DNA of 64,000 nucleotides from Spirochaetota bacterium (GTDB lineage Bacteria; Spirochaetota; UBA4802; UBA5368). The notes under the pieces were generated by a model. That model worked only from the letters and a program-made list of their open reading frames with translations, did not search any database and was not told the DNA's origin. Made by a program: the position numbers and the translations under genes. The DNA lies in the NCBI GenBank assembly GCA_004297825.1, contig SCSX01000036.1:172680-236679 (forward strand). Reading direction: 5' to 3'. Below, piece after piece: positions 26,785 through 36,617 of the stretch; positions within the stretch are counted from its first letter, which is position 1; every line of letters begins with the position of its first letter.

Positions 26785-28017
26785 ATGGCGGAGAATGGCG
26801 GAGCCAAGAAAGGCGGAAGGAAGGGTCTGATAATTCTCGGCGCGATACTGGGCGTCATCGTAATTGCGGGAGCGCTCAACTTCAACCGCGGGCAGCGGCT
26901 GTACCGCGTCCTGAACCTGTTCGAGAAGGACGTGATCCTGGATAATTTCCGGACGATGAGCGATAAGTTCGAATCGCGGACCGTGCATCGCGGGGACGCG
27001 GTCTTCCCGCTCAAGCGCGCGCAGGCGGCGCTGCCCGGTGAGTACATGCACCAGGGAAAGAAGAAATCGGTGAACGAGTTCATCGAGCGCACCTGGACCA
27101 CGGGGCTCCTGGTCATGAGGGACGACACCATACTGTTCGAGAATTACTATCGCGGGAACACGGAGACCTCGAAAGCCATATCCTGGTCGGTCGCGAAGTC
27201 CTTCGTGTCGGCATTGTTCGGCATCGCGATGGCCGACGGGTACATCAAGGACATCCGCCAGGCTGTAACCGACTACGTTCCCTCGCTCAACGAGTCCGGG
27301 TACAAGGGCGTGCCCATCAAGGACGTACTGCAGATGTCGTCGGGAATCCACTTCAACGAGGATTACGCCGATTTCAATTCCGACATCAACAAGATGGGGC
27401 GGTATTTCGCGCTCAACATGCCGCTGGAGAAATTCGTGGCCTCGCTACTGCCCGAAAAAAAGCCGGGGACATTCAACCATTACGTGAGCATGGACACCCA
27501 GGTCATAGGCATGATCATCCGCAACGCTTCGGGAAAGACCATTTCGCAGTACATGGAGGATAAACTCTGGAAGCCGCTGGGTATGGAATCGGACGCCTCC
27601 TGGCTCATCGACAGCGACGGCATGGAGACGGTTTTCGGAGGGTTCAACGTCGTGCTCAGGGACTACGCGCGCTTCGGCAGGCTTTATCTTAAAAACGGCA
27701 ACTGGAACGGGACGCAGCTCGTTCCCGCTGCCTGGGTCAAGGCGTCGGTGACGCCGGACGCGCCGCACCTTCTGCCGGGCAAGCGCGACAACTCGAGCTG
27801 GGTGCTCGGGTACGGCTACCAGTGGTGGATTCCCGAGAACCCGGACGGGGATTTCCTGGCGATCGGCATCTACGGGCAGGCGATCTACATTTATCCGAAA
27901 TATAACATCGTGATCGCGAAGACCTCGGCGTATCCCGACTACAACAAGGACGGGGACGACATGGAAATAGAGTCCATCGAGATGTTCAGGGCGATCGCGA
28001 AGGCGATGGGCCGATAG
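26785..28017 (+). CDS. Serine hydrolase, beta-lactamase (NylB/AmpC-like) family
   Basis: SWSVAKS (SxxK), LQMSSG, YGYQWW, GIYGQ; N-terminal TM. Confidence 0.9.
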   Translation: MAENGGAKKGGRKGLIILGAILGVIVIAGALNFNRGQRLYRVLNLFEKDVILDNFRTMSDKFESRTVHRGDAVFPLKRAQAALPGEYMHQGKKKSVNEFIERTWTTGLLVMRDDTILFENYYRGNTETSKAISWSVAKSFVSALFGIAMADGYIKDIRQAVTDYVPSLNESGYKGVPIKDVLQMSSGIHFNEDYADFNSDINKMGRYFALNMPLEKFVASLLPEKKPGTFNHYVSMDTQVIGMIIRNASGKTISQYMEDKLWKPLGMESDASWLIDSDGMETVFGGFNVVLRDYARFGRLYLKNGNWNGTQLVPAAWVKASVTPDAPHLLPGKRDNSSWVLGYGYQWWIPENPDGDFLAIGIYGQAIYIYPKYNIVIAKTSAYPDYNKDGDDMEIESIEMFRAIAKAMGR

Positions 28018-28108
28018 ACCTATTTGCTGGCTGACACGCGATACGGCCGGACGGCGCCTCCCTGGTACCCTTCCCCTCACTGGGAGCCGTTCTGCCGGGC
28101 CCGGATTC

Positions 28109-28153
28109 GTGGGGATGGTGGGGATGGTGGGGATGGTGGGGATGGTGGGGATG
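28109..28153 (+). repeat. Tandem repeat (GTGGGGATG)x5
   Basis: Five perfect 9-bp units, intergenic. Confidence 0.95.
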
Positions 28154-28396
28154 TGTAGAATGTAGTATCCTCCCATAAACGCGAGCATCCGCAGCAGCTG
28201 ACAATGGTTAAGGGAACAGTGCGTGTAGTGCAGAGAAATCTTATCGGGTATCGGGGCGCGCCCGGAACGACCCCGGCAGGCATGTCGAACGGTTTCTTAA
28301 AATATTATTTTCGTCAAACGGCAAAATGTGTGTACAAGTACCGCCGGGGCTGCTATAAATAAGCCGCACGTGAACCATTATACACAGAGGGCTTCC

Positions 28397-28990
28397 ATGC
28401 GAAACCTCATCGACAGGGCGTTCTGGATTCTGCTGGCGGCGATCGTGGGCGCTTCGATCTACTTCACGCTCGATATCGCCCGGATAAAGAAAAGCATGAA
28501 CGCCTCCGCGGCCAATCTCCGGATCGAGACCGGTCAAAAGGTCACGGTGAAGAAAATCATCGACGGCGACGAAGTCCTCGTGGAGATGGGGAACAAGAAA
28601 TTCATCGTCAGGATACTCGGCATCTCGTCGTTCGATTCGACGCTCAACGATCCGCTCGACAAGGGCGCGGGCGAGGCGGCGCTGTTTTACCTCCAGAAGA
28701 TGATCCTCAACAATGAGATCGAACTTGCATTCGACGAGTTCAAGGTTGATTCCAGCGAGCGGCTGCTGTCGTATATTCACATGAGCTCGGTGGATATCGG
28801 CGAGGACATGGTGTCGGAGGGGCTCACGCTCGCCTTTACCAAGTACCCCTTTTCGCGGATCAATAAATATGAAAAAGCGCAGCGCGCCGCGCGCGAAATG
28901 AAAAAAGGGATATGGGGCAATGCCCGTCTGGAGAAACGCGCGCTCGATCTTCTGAACCTGTGGATGCAGGACAGGGAGCAGCCGCGATGA
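28397..28990 (+). CDS. Thermonuclease (SNase-like) family protein with N-terminal TM
   Basis: KIIDGDE, VRILGI, D...RLLSYI, MVSEGL, AREMKKGIWG. Confidence 0.8.
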   Translation: MRNLIDRAFWILLAAIVGASIYFTLDIARIKKSMNASAANLRIETGQKVTVKKIIDGDEVLVEMGNKKFIVRILGISSFDSTLNDPLDKGAGEAALFYLQKMILNNEIELAFDEFKVDSSERLLSYIHMSSVDIGEDMVSEGLTLAFTKYPFSRINKYEKAQRAAREMKKGIWGNARLEKRALDLLNLWMQDREQPR

Positions 28991-30042
28991 TCATTACCCT
29001 GTTCAGATTATTCTCCGGGAAATTGTCCACGACGATGCGCATGAACAGGGTCAAGGCGATGCTTTTCTTTCTCTGCCTTCTCTGGTATTCGGCGTCGGGG
29101 TTCCTCTATTTCGAGCTGGAGTTCAAACCCGACCTGGGCTGGGGCGACGCGATCTGGTGGGCGCTCGTTACCATGGCGACGGTCGGTTACGGCGATCTTT
29201 TCCCGACGACGTTTTTCGGCCGATATCTGGTCGGCGTTCCCTCCATTATTTTCGGTATCGGCTTTCTGGGCTATATCATCACCTCGGTCGCCACAAAACT
29301 CGTCGAAACCAGGTCGCGGAGGTTGCAGGGAATGAGCAGCGTAAGCCTGTCGAACCATATCATCATATTCAACTATTCTCACGTCGACGAGGTCCTGGCG
29401 CTCGTCAGCCAGTTCCAGTCCGATCGGACGATGAGGGACAAGGGCGTCTGTCTTGTGGACGAGCAGCTTGAGGAGATCCCTCCCCGGCTCGCGGAGGTCG
29501 GGGTGCAGTTCGTCAAGGGAAGCCCGACCGATGAGGATACGCTCCGGAACGCGGGGCTGGACCGCGCGACGCACGCCATTGTGCTCTCGCGAGACAGGCT
29601 CGACCGTCACGCGGACGACCAGAACCTGGTGACCGTCATGGTGATCGAGAAAATCAACCCACGGGTATTCACGATCGTCGAGGTGATCGATACTAAGAAA
29701 AAGCACCAGTTCGCACTCGCGGGGGCAAACGATATAATCTGCATCGGGGAGCTTTCCGTCAACCTGATCGCGCGCGAGATAATGGACCCCGGGGTAAACT
29801 CGGTGTTCCTCGAGCTTTCGACCAACGCGCGCGGTTCGGAGATGTATATCGTCGGCATCGATGCGGGAGCGGGTTCGACCTTCAGGGACCTTCAGCTGCG
29901 CGGGATAGAAAAAAGCGTATCGGTAATCGGACTGCTTAAAGAGGAAGTCCCGATGCTGAACTGCGAACCAGGAACTGTACTACGGCTCGGGGACAGGGCG
30001 ATCGTCATCAGCGCGGACAGGGTCGGTGATCTGGTTGTTTGA
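28987..30042 (+). CDS. Potassium channel (2-TM pore plus RCK/TrkA domains)
   Basis: WWALVTMATVGYGD selectivity filter; C-terminal RCK domains; ATGA overlap with the upstream gene. Confidence 0.93.
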   Translation: MIITLFRLFSGKLSTTMRMNRVKAMLFFLCLLWYSASGFLYFELEFKPDLGWGDAIWWALVTMATVGYGDLFPTTFFGRYLVGVPSIIFGIGFLGYIITSVATKLVETRSRRLQGMSSVSLSNHIIIFNYSHVDEVLALVSQFQSDRTMRDKGVCLVDEQLEEIPPRLAEVGVQFVKGSPTDEDTLRNAGLDRATHAIVLSRDRLDRHADDQNLVTVMVIEKINPRVFTIVEVIDTKKKHQFALAGANDIICIGELSVNLIAREIMDPGVNSVFLELSTNARGSEMYIVGIDAGAGSTFRDLQLRGIEKSVSVIGLLKEEVPMLNCEPGTVLRLGDRAIVISADRVGDLVV

Positions 30043-30157
30043 TCCGCGATAAAAGTTCAGGATGCCGGTGCGGGCTTAACAATATTGACTATACCCGGAC
30101 GGCGGTTATACCATATCGCTGCCGGACAAAGACACATTATTCGCGGAGGTACTACTA

Positions 30158-30787
30158 ATGGGCTTGTTGAAAAGAACCGGAACCGTTATATTCTCTTTCT
30201 TGTTTTTGGTCGTGCTCGCCGGATGCTTTTCCTACCCCCTCAAGCCTTCACGGGACGAGTTTACTCATTTTACCGCCGGACAGATGCCGGAATACGCGAA
30301 GTTCCCGGACGGCCAGGATTTCGAAAACCAGAAAAAATTTCTCCTCCAGCAGATACACATAGACGGTACTATAAGCGCGGCCGAAAAAGAGGCGAAACAG
30401 AAAAAGGTGGAAGCCCTCGCCTTCGAGGAATCACGCTACCTGATGTACGGCGTATTCTCGCCGGATCAACTGGCCCCCAATGAGCGAACCTTTAAATTCG
30501 AATTCCCGGGGTATGATATCGGGGAGCTTGTCGGGGAATCGTACCCTGTGGTAATTCAAAAAACGGTTACCAGCAAAATATCTACTTCATCGAGTTATGA
30601 ATACCGCTTCTTTTTAGTGATGAAGAAGCCGCTGATCCCTGCCAACTTCGGTTCGAGTGGTCTGCCGCTGATCCTGCGTGTGACGAACTCCAAAAACCAG
30701 GTTCAGGAATATACCCTGATCGAAGGCCCGGGATCGCCCGCGGGCAAGGAACTTCCGCCTGCGAAATCCGCGCTCACGCTGCCGTAA
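30158..30787 (+). CDS. Putative lipoprotein
   Basis: Lipobox LAGC after a hydrophobic segment; GGAGG RBS. Confidence 0.75.
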   Translation: MGLLKRTGTVIFSFLFLVVLAGCFSYPLKPSRDEFTHFTAGQMPEYAKFPDGQDFENQKKFLLQQIHIDGTISAAEKEAKQKKVEALAFEESRYLMYGVFSPDQLAPNERTFKFEFPGYDIGELVGESYPVVIQKTVTSKISTSSSYEYRFFLVMKKPLIPANFGSSGLPLILRVTNSKNQVQEYTLIEGPGSPAGKELPPAKSALTLP

Positions 30788-30911
30788 TGCACGGCGCAAT
30801 TGTCGTGTCCGCCAGGCGTGGAATTTAGTCCGGGGGCGCGAAACCAGCCCCGCAGGTCTCGATGCGCTCGAAATCGCACCTCCTGCCTATTTCGCACACG
30901 ACGCAACGCCC

Positions 30912-31105
30912 TTACAACCTGAATTGCTTCAGCTTGTCCCTGAGCTCGTTCGACGATAGCGAGAGCTCCTCGGAGCGGGCGGCGAATTCCTGGGCGCCGG
31001 TGTTCACGCTCTCGATGGTCTGGGATATGCGGCGCGCGTTTTCCTTTTGAACCCCCGTGGAATCGGAGAGGTTCTGCGAAAACTTGCTTATCGATCCAAT
31101 CTTTA
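30912..31105 (-). pseudogene. C-terminal remnant of a methyl-accepting chemotaxis protein
   Basis: ISQTIESVNTGAQEFAARSEELSLSSNELRDKLKQFRL resembles an MCP tail; no credible start. Confidence 0.6.
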
Positions 31106-31122
31106 TCCCCTGCAATGCAACC

Positions 31123-32271
31123 CTACGGGACGTACACCCTAGGCACGCGCATGCTGATGCCGCACAGCATCTCGTACGGAATGGTGCCCGTCTTGTCACA
31201 GAGCTCTTCGATGGGAATCATGCACCCGTCCATCTCGCCGAACAGCAGGACGTCGTCGCCGTTATACGCCGTCCCCCCGGGACCGATATCGACCATCATC
31301 TGGTCCATGCAGATGGTGCCCGCCGCCGGGCAGCGCCGGCCCCGAATGACCACCTCGCTCCTGTTGGACAGGAGGCGCGCGTAGCCGTCGCCGTAGCCTA
31401 CGGGGAGCGTGACCACGCGCGTTTGCTCACTGGTGACGTAGGTATGGTTGTAGCTTATGCCCGTTCCCGCCGGGACCACCTTGAAGTACGACACCTTCGT
31501 CTTGAGCGTCATCGCGGGAAGTATCCTTCTGCCGGCGTATTCCCGCTCCGGGGCATACCCGTACGGGTCGCACCCGTAGAGCATGATGCCGGGGCGGACC
31601 ATTGTGAGATGCGCGTCCGGGTACGACAATATGCCCGCCGAGTTTGCGAGGTGCACGAGGGGCGGCAGGATGTTTCTCTGCGCCATGTAGTTCGCAGTGT
31701 TCGCGAAGCGGGCGATCTGCGTATCGGTGAAGGCGCGGTCCGATTCCGCCTTCGCGAGGTGCGAGAACACCCCCGTGACCGATATGTCGGGAAGGTCGAG
31801 CGTGCCCTGGATGAAGCGCTCGGCGTTGTACCAGTGGACGCCGATACGCTCCATGCCTGTGTCGATCTTCATCTGGACACGCGCGGTCTTTCCCCGGCGC
31901 GCCGCGACCTCCGCAATGGCGCGCGACTTGTCGAGCGACGAGCTCGTGATCTCGATGTCGTGCTCCAGGAAATCGGCGATCTGGTCGGTGTTGATCGCGC
32001 CGCATACAAGGATGGGCGCCGTGGTCCCGGACCGGCGCAGGTACACGGCCTCCTCGAGGTACGCGACTCCCAGGCAGGACGCGCCCGCCGCGAGGAATAT
32101 ATCGGACACCTCCTTAATGCCGTGGCCGTAGGCGTTCGCCTTCACCATTGCCATGACCTGCACCCCGGGTCCCGTGAGCGCGCGCACGGTTTCCATGTTG
32201 TGCCGGAGACGGGAAAGGGACACCTCCGCCCTCGTGGGCCTGTTCTGGTAGGTTTCGATAATGAGTTTCAT
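31123..32271 (-). CDS. alr: Alanine racemase
   Basis: MVKANAYGHG, KIDTGMERIG, SYNHTY, GYGDGY, ICMDQ. Confidence 0.96.
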   Translation of the reverse strand: MKLIIETYQNRPTRAEVSLSRLRHNMETVRALTGPGVQVMAMVKANAYGHGIKEVSDIFLAAGASCLGVAYLEEAVYLRRSGTTAPILVCGAINTDQIADFLEHDIEITSSSLDKSRAIAEVAARRGKTARVQMKIDTGMERIGVHWYNAERFIQGTLDLPDISVTGVFSHLAKAESDRAFTDTQIARFANTANYMAQRNILPPLVHLANSAGILSYPDAHLTMVRPGIMLYGCDPYGYAPEREYAGRRILPAMTLKTKVSYFKVVPAGTGISYNHTYVTSEQTRVVTLPVGYGDGYARLLSNRSEVVIRGRRCPAAGTICMDQMMVDIGPGGTAYNGDDVLLFGEMDGCMIPIEELCDKTGTIPYEMLCGISMRVPRVYVP

Positions 32272-32418
32272 GGGCGCCGCCTTTTCGGAAAGTACGGTAG
32301 GGGCCGGAAAGAATAAAATGCAACCAAATTTCCCCCGGCCGCGGTTGGACCGAAATTTTGAGAAAACCTCGTCGACGCCGTCGGGGCGTGTGTATATTAT
32401 GGTGACGAGGACAAAGAA

Positions 32419-32880
32419 GCCCCCCGACCCCCCGAAGGGGGGCAATAGCGCGATCAAATGTTAAAAGTTCACAAGGTGCGAATATTTGAATGCTGGAATA
32501 AAATCACCTCGATACGTGATTGAGCTTGCAAGGGGAATGAGGAAAAATCCAACTGCGGCAGAAAAGAAGTTATGGGAAGAATTGAAAGAGAAAAGGTTCG
32601 ACGGATTAAAATTCAGGAATCAGCATCCCGTGTTCAGGTATATACTTGATTTCTATTGTCATGAAAAGAAGCTGGCAATTGAGGTTGATGGCGATATCCA
32701 TATTAATCAAAAGGAAACTGATGCGTATCGTGAGGACTACTTGAAAAGTCTTGGAATTGTAACAGTGCGCGTGAAGAATATCGATATTGAAGATAGAATT
32801 GAGGAAGTTCTTATCAGGATAAGAAGCGAATTGCGTGATTTGTATTGATTGCCATGCCCCCCTCTGGGGGGTCGGGGGGC
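32419..32880. mobile_element. DUF559 cassette bounded by 26-bp REP-like inverted repeats
   Basis: GCCCCCCGACCCCCCGAAGGGGGGCA (32419-32444) and TGCCCCCCTCTGGGGGGTCGGGGGGC (32855-32880) are reverse complements except in the 3-nt loop; AT-rich interior. Confidence 0.65.
32486..32848 (+). CDS. DUF559 (Vsr-like PD-(D/E)XK) endonuclease domain protein
   Basis: MRKNPTAAEKKLW...KFRNQHP..RYILDFYC...LAIEVDGDIH. Confidence 0.9.
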   Translation: MNAGIKSPRYVIELARGMRKNPTAAEKKLWEELKEKRFDGLKFRNQHPVFRYILDFYCHEKKLAIEVDGDIHINQKETDAYREDYLKSLGIVTVRVKNIDIEDRIEEVLIRIRSELRDLY

Positions 32881-32901
32881 AGAGCGAATGGAGCGTGAAA
32901 C

Positions 32902-35148
32902 ATGAACATTAGCGACGAACTAAACCAGATAATCATGGCAGCCTTCAACGAGGCGAAAAACCGCAAGCACGAGTTTCTCACCCCGGAGCACATGCTCTAC
33001 GCCTCGCTCTTTTTCAAGGAGGGAATCGATATCGTGAAGGGATGCGGCGGGGACGTCGAGGCGCTCAAGGGCGAGCTCGAGACGCACATGACGGAAAAAA
33101 TTCCCCGTGCGGCGGACGATATCGAGCCCGTGCAGTCGCTGGGCTTCCAGAACGTGATGGAGCGCGCCATCTGGCACACGGCGTCGGCGCAGAAGGAGAC
33201 GCTCGACCTGGGCGACGTGGTCGTCTCGATGTTCCAGGAGCACGAATCCCACGCGGCCTTTTTTTTAAAGAAGCAGGGAATCAGCAGGCTCGACGTGCTG
33301 AACTACATCTCGCACGGTGTGGGCGTCGTCCCCGGCGAGGACGAGGGCAAGGCCGACGAGGCCGGGGCGGGCGAGGCCGCCGAAAAACCGAAGGACGACG
33401 CGAAGATTCTCAAATCGTTCACCGTGGAGCTCACGGCCCGCGCGCGCGCGGGCGAGATCGAGCCGCTCATAGGGCGCGACGAGATTCTCGAACGGACCGT
33501 GCAGGTCCTCTGCCGGCGCTTCAAGAACAACCCGGTGCACGTGGGCGAGCCCGGCGTGGGCAAGACCGCGATCACCGAAGGCCTCGCGCTGCGCATCGCG
33601 GAGGGGAAGGTCCCCGACCTCCTGAAAAACTTCCGCATCTTTTCGCTCGACATGGGCTCGCTCCTGGCCGGGACGCGCTACCGCGGCGATTTCGAGGAGC
33701 GTATGAAGCGGGTGCTTGCCGCCCTTTCGAAGATGGACGACGTGATCCTCTTCATCGACGAGATTCACACCATCGTGGGCGCGGGCGCCGTCTCGGGCGG
33801 CTCCATGGACGCGTCCAACATACTGAAGCCCGCCCTGGCCAGCGGCAAGCTCCGCTGCGTGGGCGCGACGACCGACGACGAGTACCGCAAATACTTCAGC
33901 AAGGACGGCGCCCTCTCGCGCCGCTTCCAGAAGATCGAAGTGCCCGAACCCTCGATAGACGAGACACGGCAGATCCTCGCGGGAATCCGCGACAAGTACG
34001 AGTCCTACCACGGCGTGAAATACACCGAGGACGCCCTCACGGCGGCCTCCGAGCTTTCCGCGAAATTCATCACCGACCGGCACCTCCCGGACAAGGCGAT
34101 CGACGTGATCGACGAGGCGGGCGCGTACGCGCGCCTGTACGGGACCAGCGGGAGCGACGGCGTGATCACGCACCTGGACATGGAGCGCGTCGTCTCGCGT
34201 ATGGCGAAGATTCCGGAGAAGAGCGTCACCTCCTCCGAGCTCGACAAGCTGCGCGACCTCGAAAAGCTCCTTAAAGAGCGCATCTTCGGGCAGGAATCGG
34301 CGGTGAACATGGTGGTCGAGGCGATAAAGCGCTCGCGCGCGGGATTCCGCGAACCGGGCAAGCCCATCGCCTCCTTCCTGTTCGTGGGGCCCACCGGCGT
34401 GGGCAAGACCGAGCTCGCGCGCCAACTCGCCGCGGTGATGGGGGTATCGCTCCACCGCTTCGACATGAGCGAGTACCAGGAGAAGCATACCGTGGCGCGT
34501 CTCATAGGCGCGCCCCCCGGCTACGTGGGCTACGAGGAGGGGGGCCTCCTGACCGAGTACATACGGAAGACGCCGTACGCGGTGCTACTCCTGGACGAGA
34601 TCGAGAAGGCGCACTCCGACATCTTCAACACGCTTCTTCAAGTGATGGATTACGCGACCCTCACCGACAACACCGGCAAGAAGGCTGATTTCCGCAACGT
34701 CGTGATCATCATGACCTCGAACGCGGGGGCGCGTGAAATCGGAAGGCAGCGCATCGGCTTCGAGGAGGCGCCCGTGAACATGGACGCCCTCTCGGCCGCG
34801 GTGGATCGCATCTTCGCCCCCGAGTTCCGCAACCGCCTGGACGCGGTGGTCCAGTTCAACGGCCTCACCCTGGACATCGTGCTGCAGATCGTGAACAAGG
34901 CCCTGGGAGAATTCCGCACGATGCTCGCGGAGAAGAAGGTGGAGCTTCGCGTCACGGACGAGTGCTCATTGTGGCTCGCGAAGAAGGGCTTCTCGCCGGA
35001 ATTCGGCGCGCGCGAGATCGCGCGCCTGGTGCAGGACAAGGTGAAGCGCTTCTTCATCGACGAGGTCCTCTTCGGCAGTCTTTCTAAGGGGGGCGTCGCC
35101 GAGGCGTACGTCGAGAACGACGACGTGGCGATCAGGGTGCTCGAATAG
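32902..35148 (+). CDS. clpA: ATP-dependent Clp protease ATP-binding subunit ClpA
   Basis: Two AAA+ modules ([16 protein letters not shown]), no M-domain coiled coil, IGF ClpP-docking loop; followed by aat. Confidence 0.95.
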   Translation: MNISDELNQIIMAAFNEAKNRKHEFLTPEHMLYASLFFKEGIDIVKGCGGDVEALKGELETHMTEKIPRAADDIEPVQSLGFQNVMERAIWHTASAQKETLDLGDVVVSMFQEHESHAAFFLKKQGISRLDVLNYISHGVGVVPGEDEGKADEAGAGEAAEKPKDDAKILKSFTVELTARARAGEIEPLIGRDEILERTVQVLCRRFKNNPVHVGEPGVGKTAITEGLALRIAEGKVPDLLKNFRIFSLDMGSLLAGTRYRGDFEERMKRVLAALSKMDDVILFIDEIHTIVGAGAVSGGSMDASNILKPALASGKLRCVGATTDDEYRKYFSKDGALSRRFQKIEVPEPSIDETRQILAGIRDKYESYHGVKYTEDALTAASELSAKFITDRHLPDKAIDVIDEAGAYARLYGTSGSDGVITHLDMERVVSRMAKIPEKSVTSSELDKLRDLEKLLKERIFGQESAVNMVVEAIKRSRAGFREPGKPIASFLFVGPTGVGKTELARQLAAVMGVSLHRFDMSEYQEKHTVARLIGAPPGYVGYEEGGLLTEYIRKTPYAVLLLDEIEKAHSDIFNTLLQVMDYATLTDNTGKKADFRNVVIIMTSNAGAREIGRQRIGFEEAPVNMDALSAAVDRIFAPEFRNRLDAVVQFNGLTLDIVLQIVNKALGEFRTMLAEKKVELRVTDECSLWLAKKGFSPEFGAREIARLVQDKVKRFFIDEVLFGSLSKGGVAEAYVENDDVAIRVLE

Positions 35149-35170
35149 AGAATAGCTTTACGGAAAGTTC

Positions 35171-35884
35171 ATGCCTATCTTCCAGCTCCCAAATGAAATC
35201 GTGTTCCCTCCCGTCCATCTCGCCCACGAGAGCGGCATTCTCGCAGTGGGCGGCGACCTCACCCCGGAGCGCCTCCTGGCCGCGTACCGCGAGGGGATAT
35301 TCCCCTGGTACTCCCCGGAGGACCCCATCCTCTGGTGGTCGCCCGATCCGCGATTCGTGCTGTATCCGGCGGAGATCAGGATCGCGCGGACCATGCGCCA
35401 GGTCCTGCGCAGAAATATATTTACCGTTACCTTCGACCGCGCGTTTCGTGATGTGGTTGCCGGGTGCCGAACCCCGCGTAAGACCCAGGCCGGCACGTGG
35501 ATCACCGACGAGATGCTCGAGGCCTATTGCCTCCTTCATGAGCGGGGATACGCGCACTCCGTGGAGGCCTGGCGGGAGGGCGCGCTCGCGGGCGGCCTGT
35601 ACGGGGTCTCGCTGGGTGGCATGTTTTTCGGCGAGTCCATGTTCGCGCGCGAGAGCAACGCCTCGAAGGCCGCGCTCGTCACGCTCGCGGAAGCGCTCGG
35701 AGAAAACGGTTTCGACATGATCGACTGCCAGGTGTACACCGGGCACCTGGAAAGCCTGGGAGCCCGCGAGATTCCGCGGACGGAATTCATGACGATCCTG
35801 CGCTCGTCACTGGAACGCGTGACGCTCCGGGGGAACTGGGGGGAGCTTTCGGAATTCTCCCGCGCGCGGGACAGCGAGGGATGA
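35171..35884 (+). CDS. aat: Leucyl/phenylalanyl-tRNA-protein transferase
   Basis: GGDL, GIFPW, WWSPDPR, AHSVE, GESMF, NASK, IDCQ. Confidence 0.96.
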   Translation: MPIFQLPNEIVFPPVHLAHESGILAVGGDLTPERLLAAYREGIFPWYSPEDPILWWSPDPRFVLYPAEIRIARTMRQVLRRNIFTVTFDRAFRDVVAGCRTPRKTQAGTWITDEMLEAYCLLHERGYAHSVEAWREGALAGGLYGVSLGGMFFGESMFARESNASKAALVTLAEALGENGFDMIDCQVYTGHLESLGAREIPRTEFMTILRSSLERVTLRGNWGELSEFSRARDSEG

Positions 35885-35885
35885 C

Positions 35886-36614
35886 ATGAGAATAATGGTT
35901 CCGATACTCTTCGTGGCGGGAATCGCCGCCCTTTTAACGGCGATCGCGACGCTTGGCCCGGTCGAAGGCGGAACATCCTCGGCCCGTGAGGGTGCCGGCG
36001 AGGGCATGCAGTTCGGCGCGGTCGTGAAGGTGGACATGCAGACCTTCGAAATCGATATCTCCCGCGAGGGCTTCGCCGACACGAAAGGGATGATCTCCCG
36101 GCTCTATATCAGGCTCCCGAACGGGGTCGTGGAGCTCGCGCTCGTGCGGGGCGGCTGGAAGGAGCAGCGCGCGCGTTTCACGGGCCAGTCGCGCCGGCTT
36201 GCCGCGCAGGTCAGGCCGGGCATGACGATATTCTACGAGCGCGCCCCCTCGATACCAGAAATGAAAACGGTGCTTTTCAGCGAGTATGTCGAGCTCAAGT
36301 GGATGCAGGGGGACCCTGCGTATCTGGAATGGAAGGAGGCGATGAAGTTTTGCGCGGCGCGTGGATTGCGCCTCCCCACCATTCGGGAATGGACCGCCGC
36401 GCACGACCGGCTGGAGCCCGTGGACTGGAACAGGATATTTTTCGGCGCGATATACGAGTGCCTGTACACGCCGTGCTACTGGTCCTCGACGGAGCATGTC
36501 GAGGGACAGTACGACAGCGCCTATTACTTTTACGAGGGAAAGGGAACCCAGTACATGTTCAAGACGTATTCCGCGCTCACGCGCTGCGTGCGCGCGGCCG
36601 CCGCGGGGAATTGA
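35886..36614 (+). CDS. Exported protein with C-terminal DUF1566/Lcl C-type-lectin-like domain
   Basis: WKEAMKFC...LRLPTIRE...YWSST...TRCVR; N-terminal signal/TM. Confidence 0.75.
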   Translation: MRIMVPILFVAGIAALLTAIATLGPVEGGTSSAREGAGEGMQFGAVVKVDMQTFEIDISREGFADTKGMISRLYIRLPNGVVELALVRGGWKEQRARFTGQSRRLAAQVRPGMTIFYERAPSIPEMKTVLFSEYVELKWMQGDPAYLEWKEAMKFCAARGLRLPTIREWTAAHDRLEPVDWNRIFFGAIYECLYTPCYWSSTEHVEGQYDSAYYFYEGKGTQYMFKTYSALTRCVRAAAAGN

Positions 36615-36617
36615 ACC

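Noticed and set aside
28109..28153. Possible CRISPR array
   Set aside because: The 9-bp units have no spacers, and I saw no repeat-spacer array or cas gene in the window.
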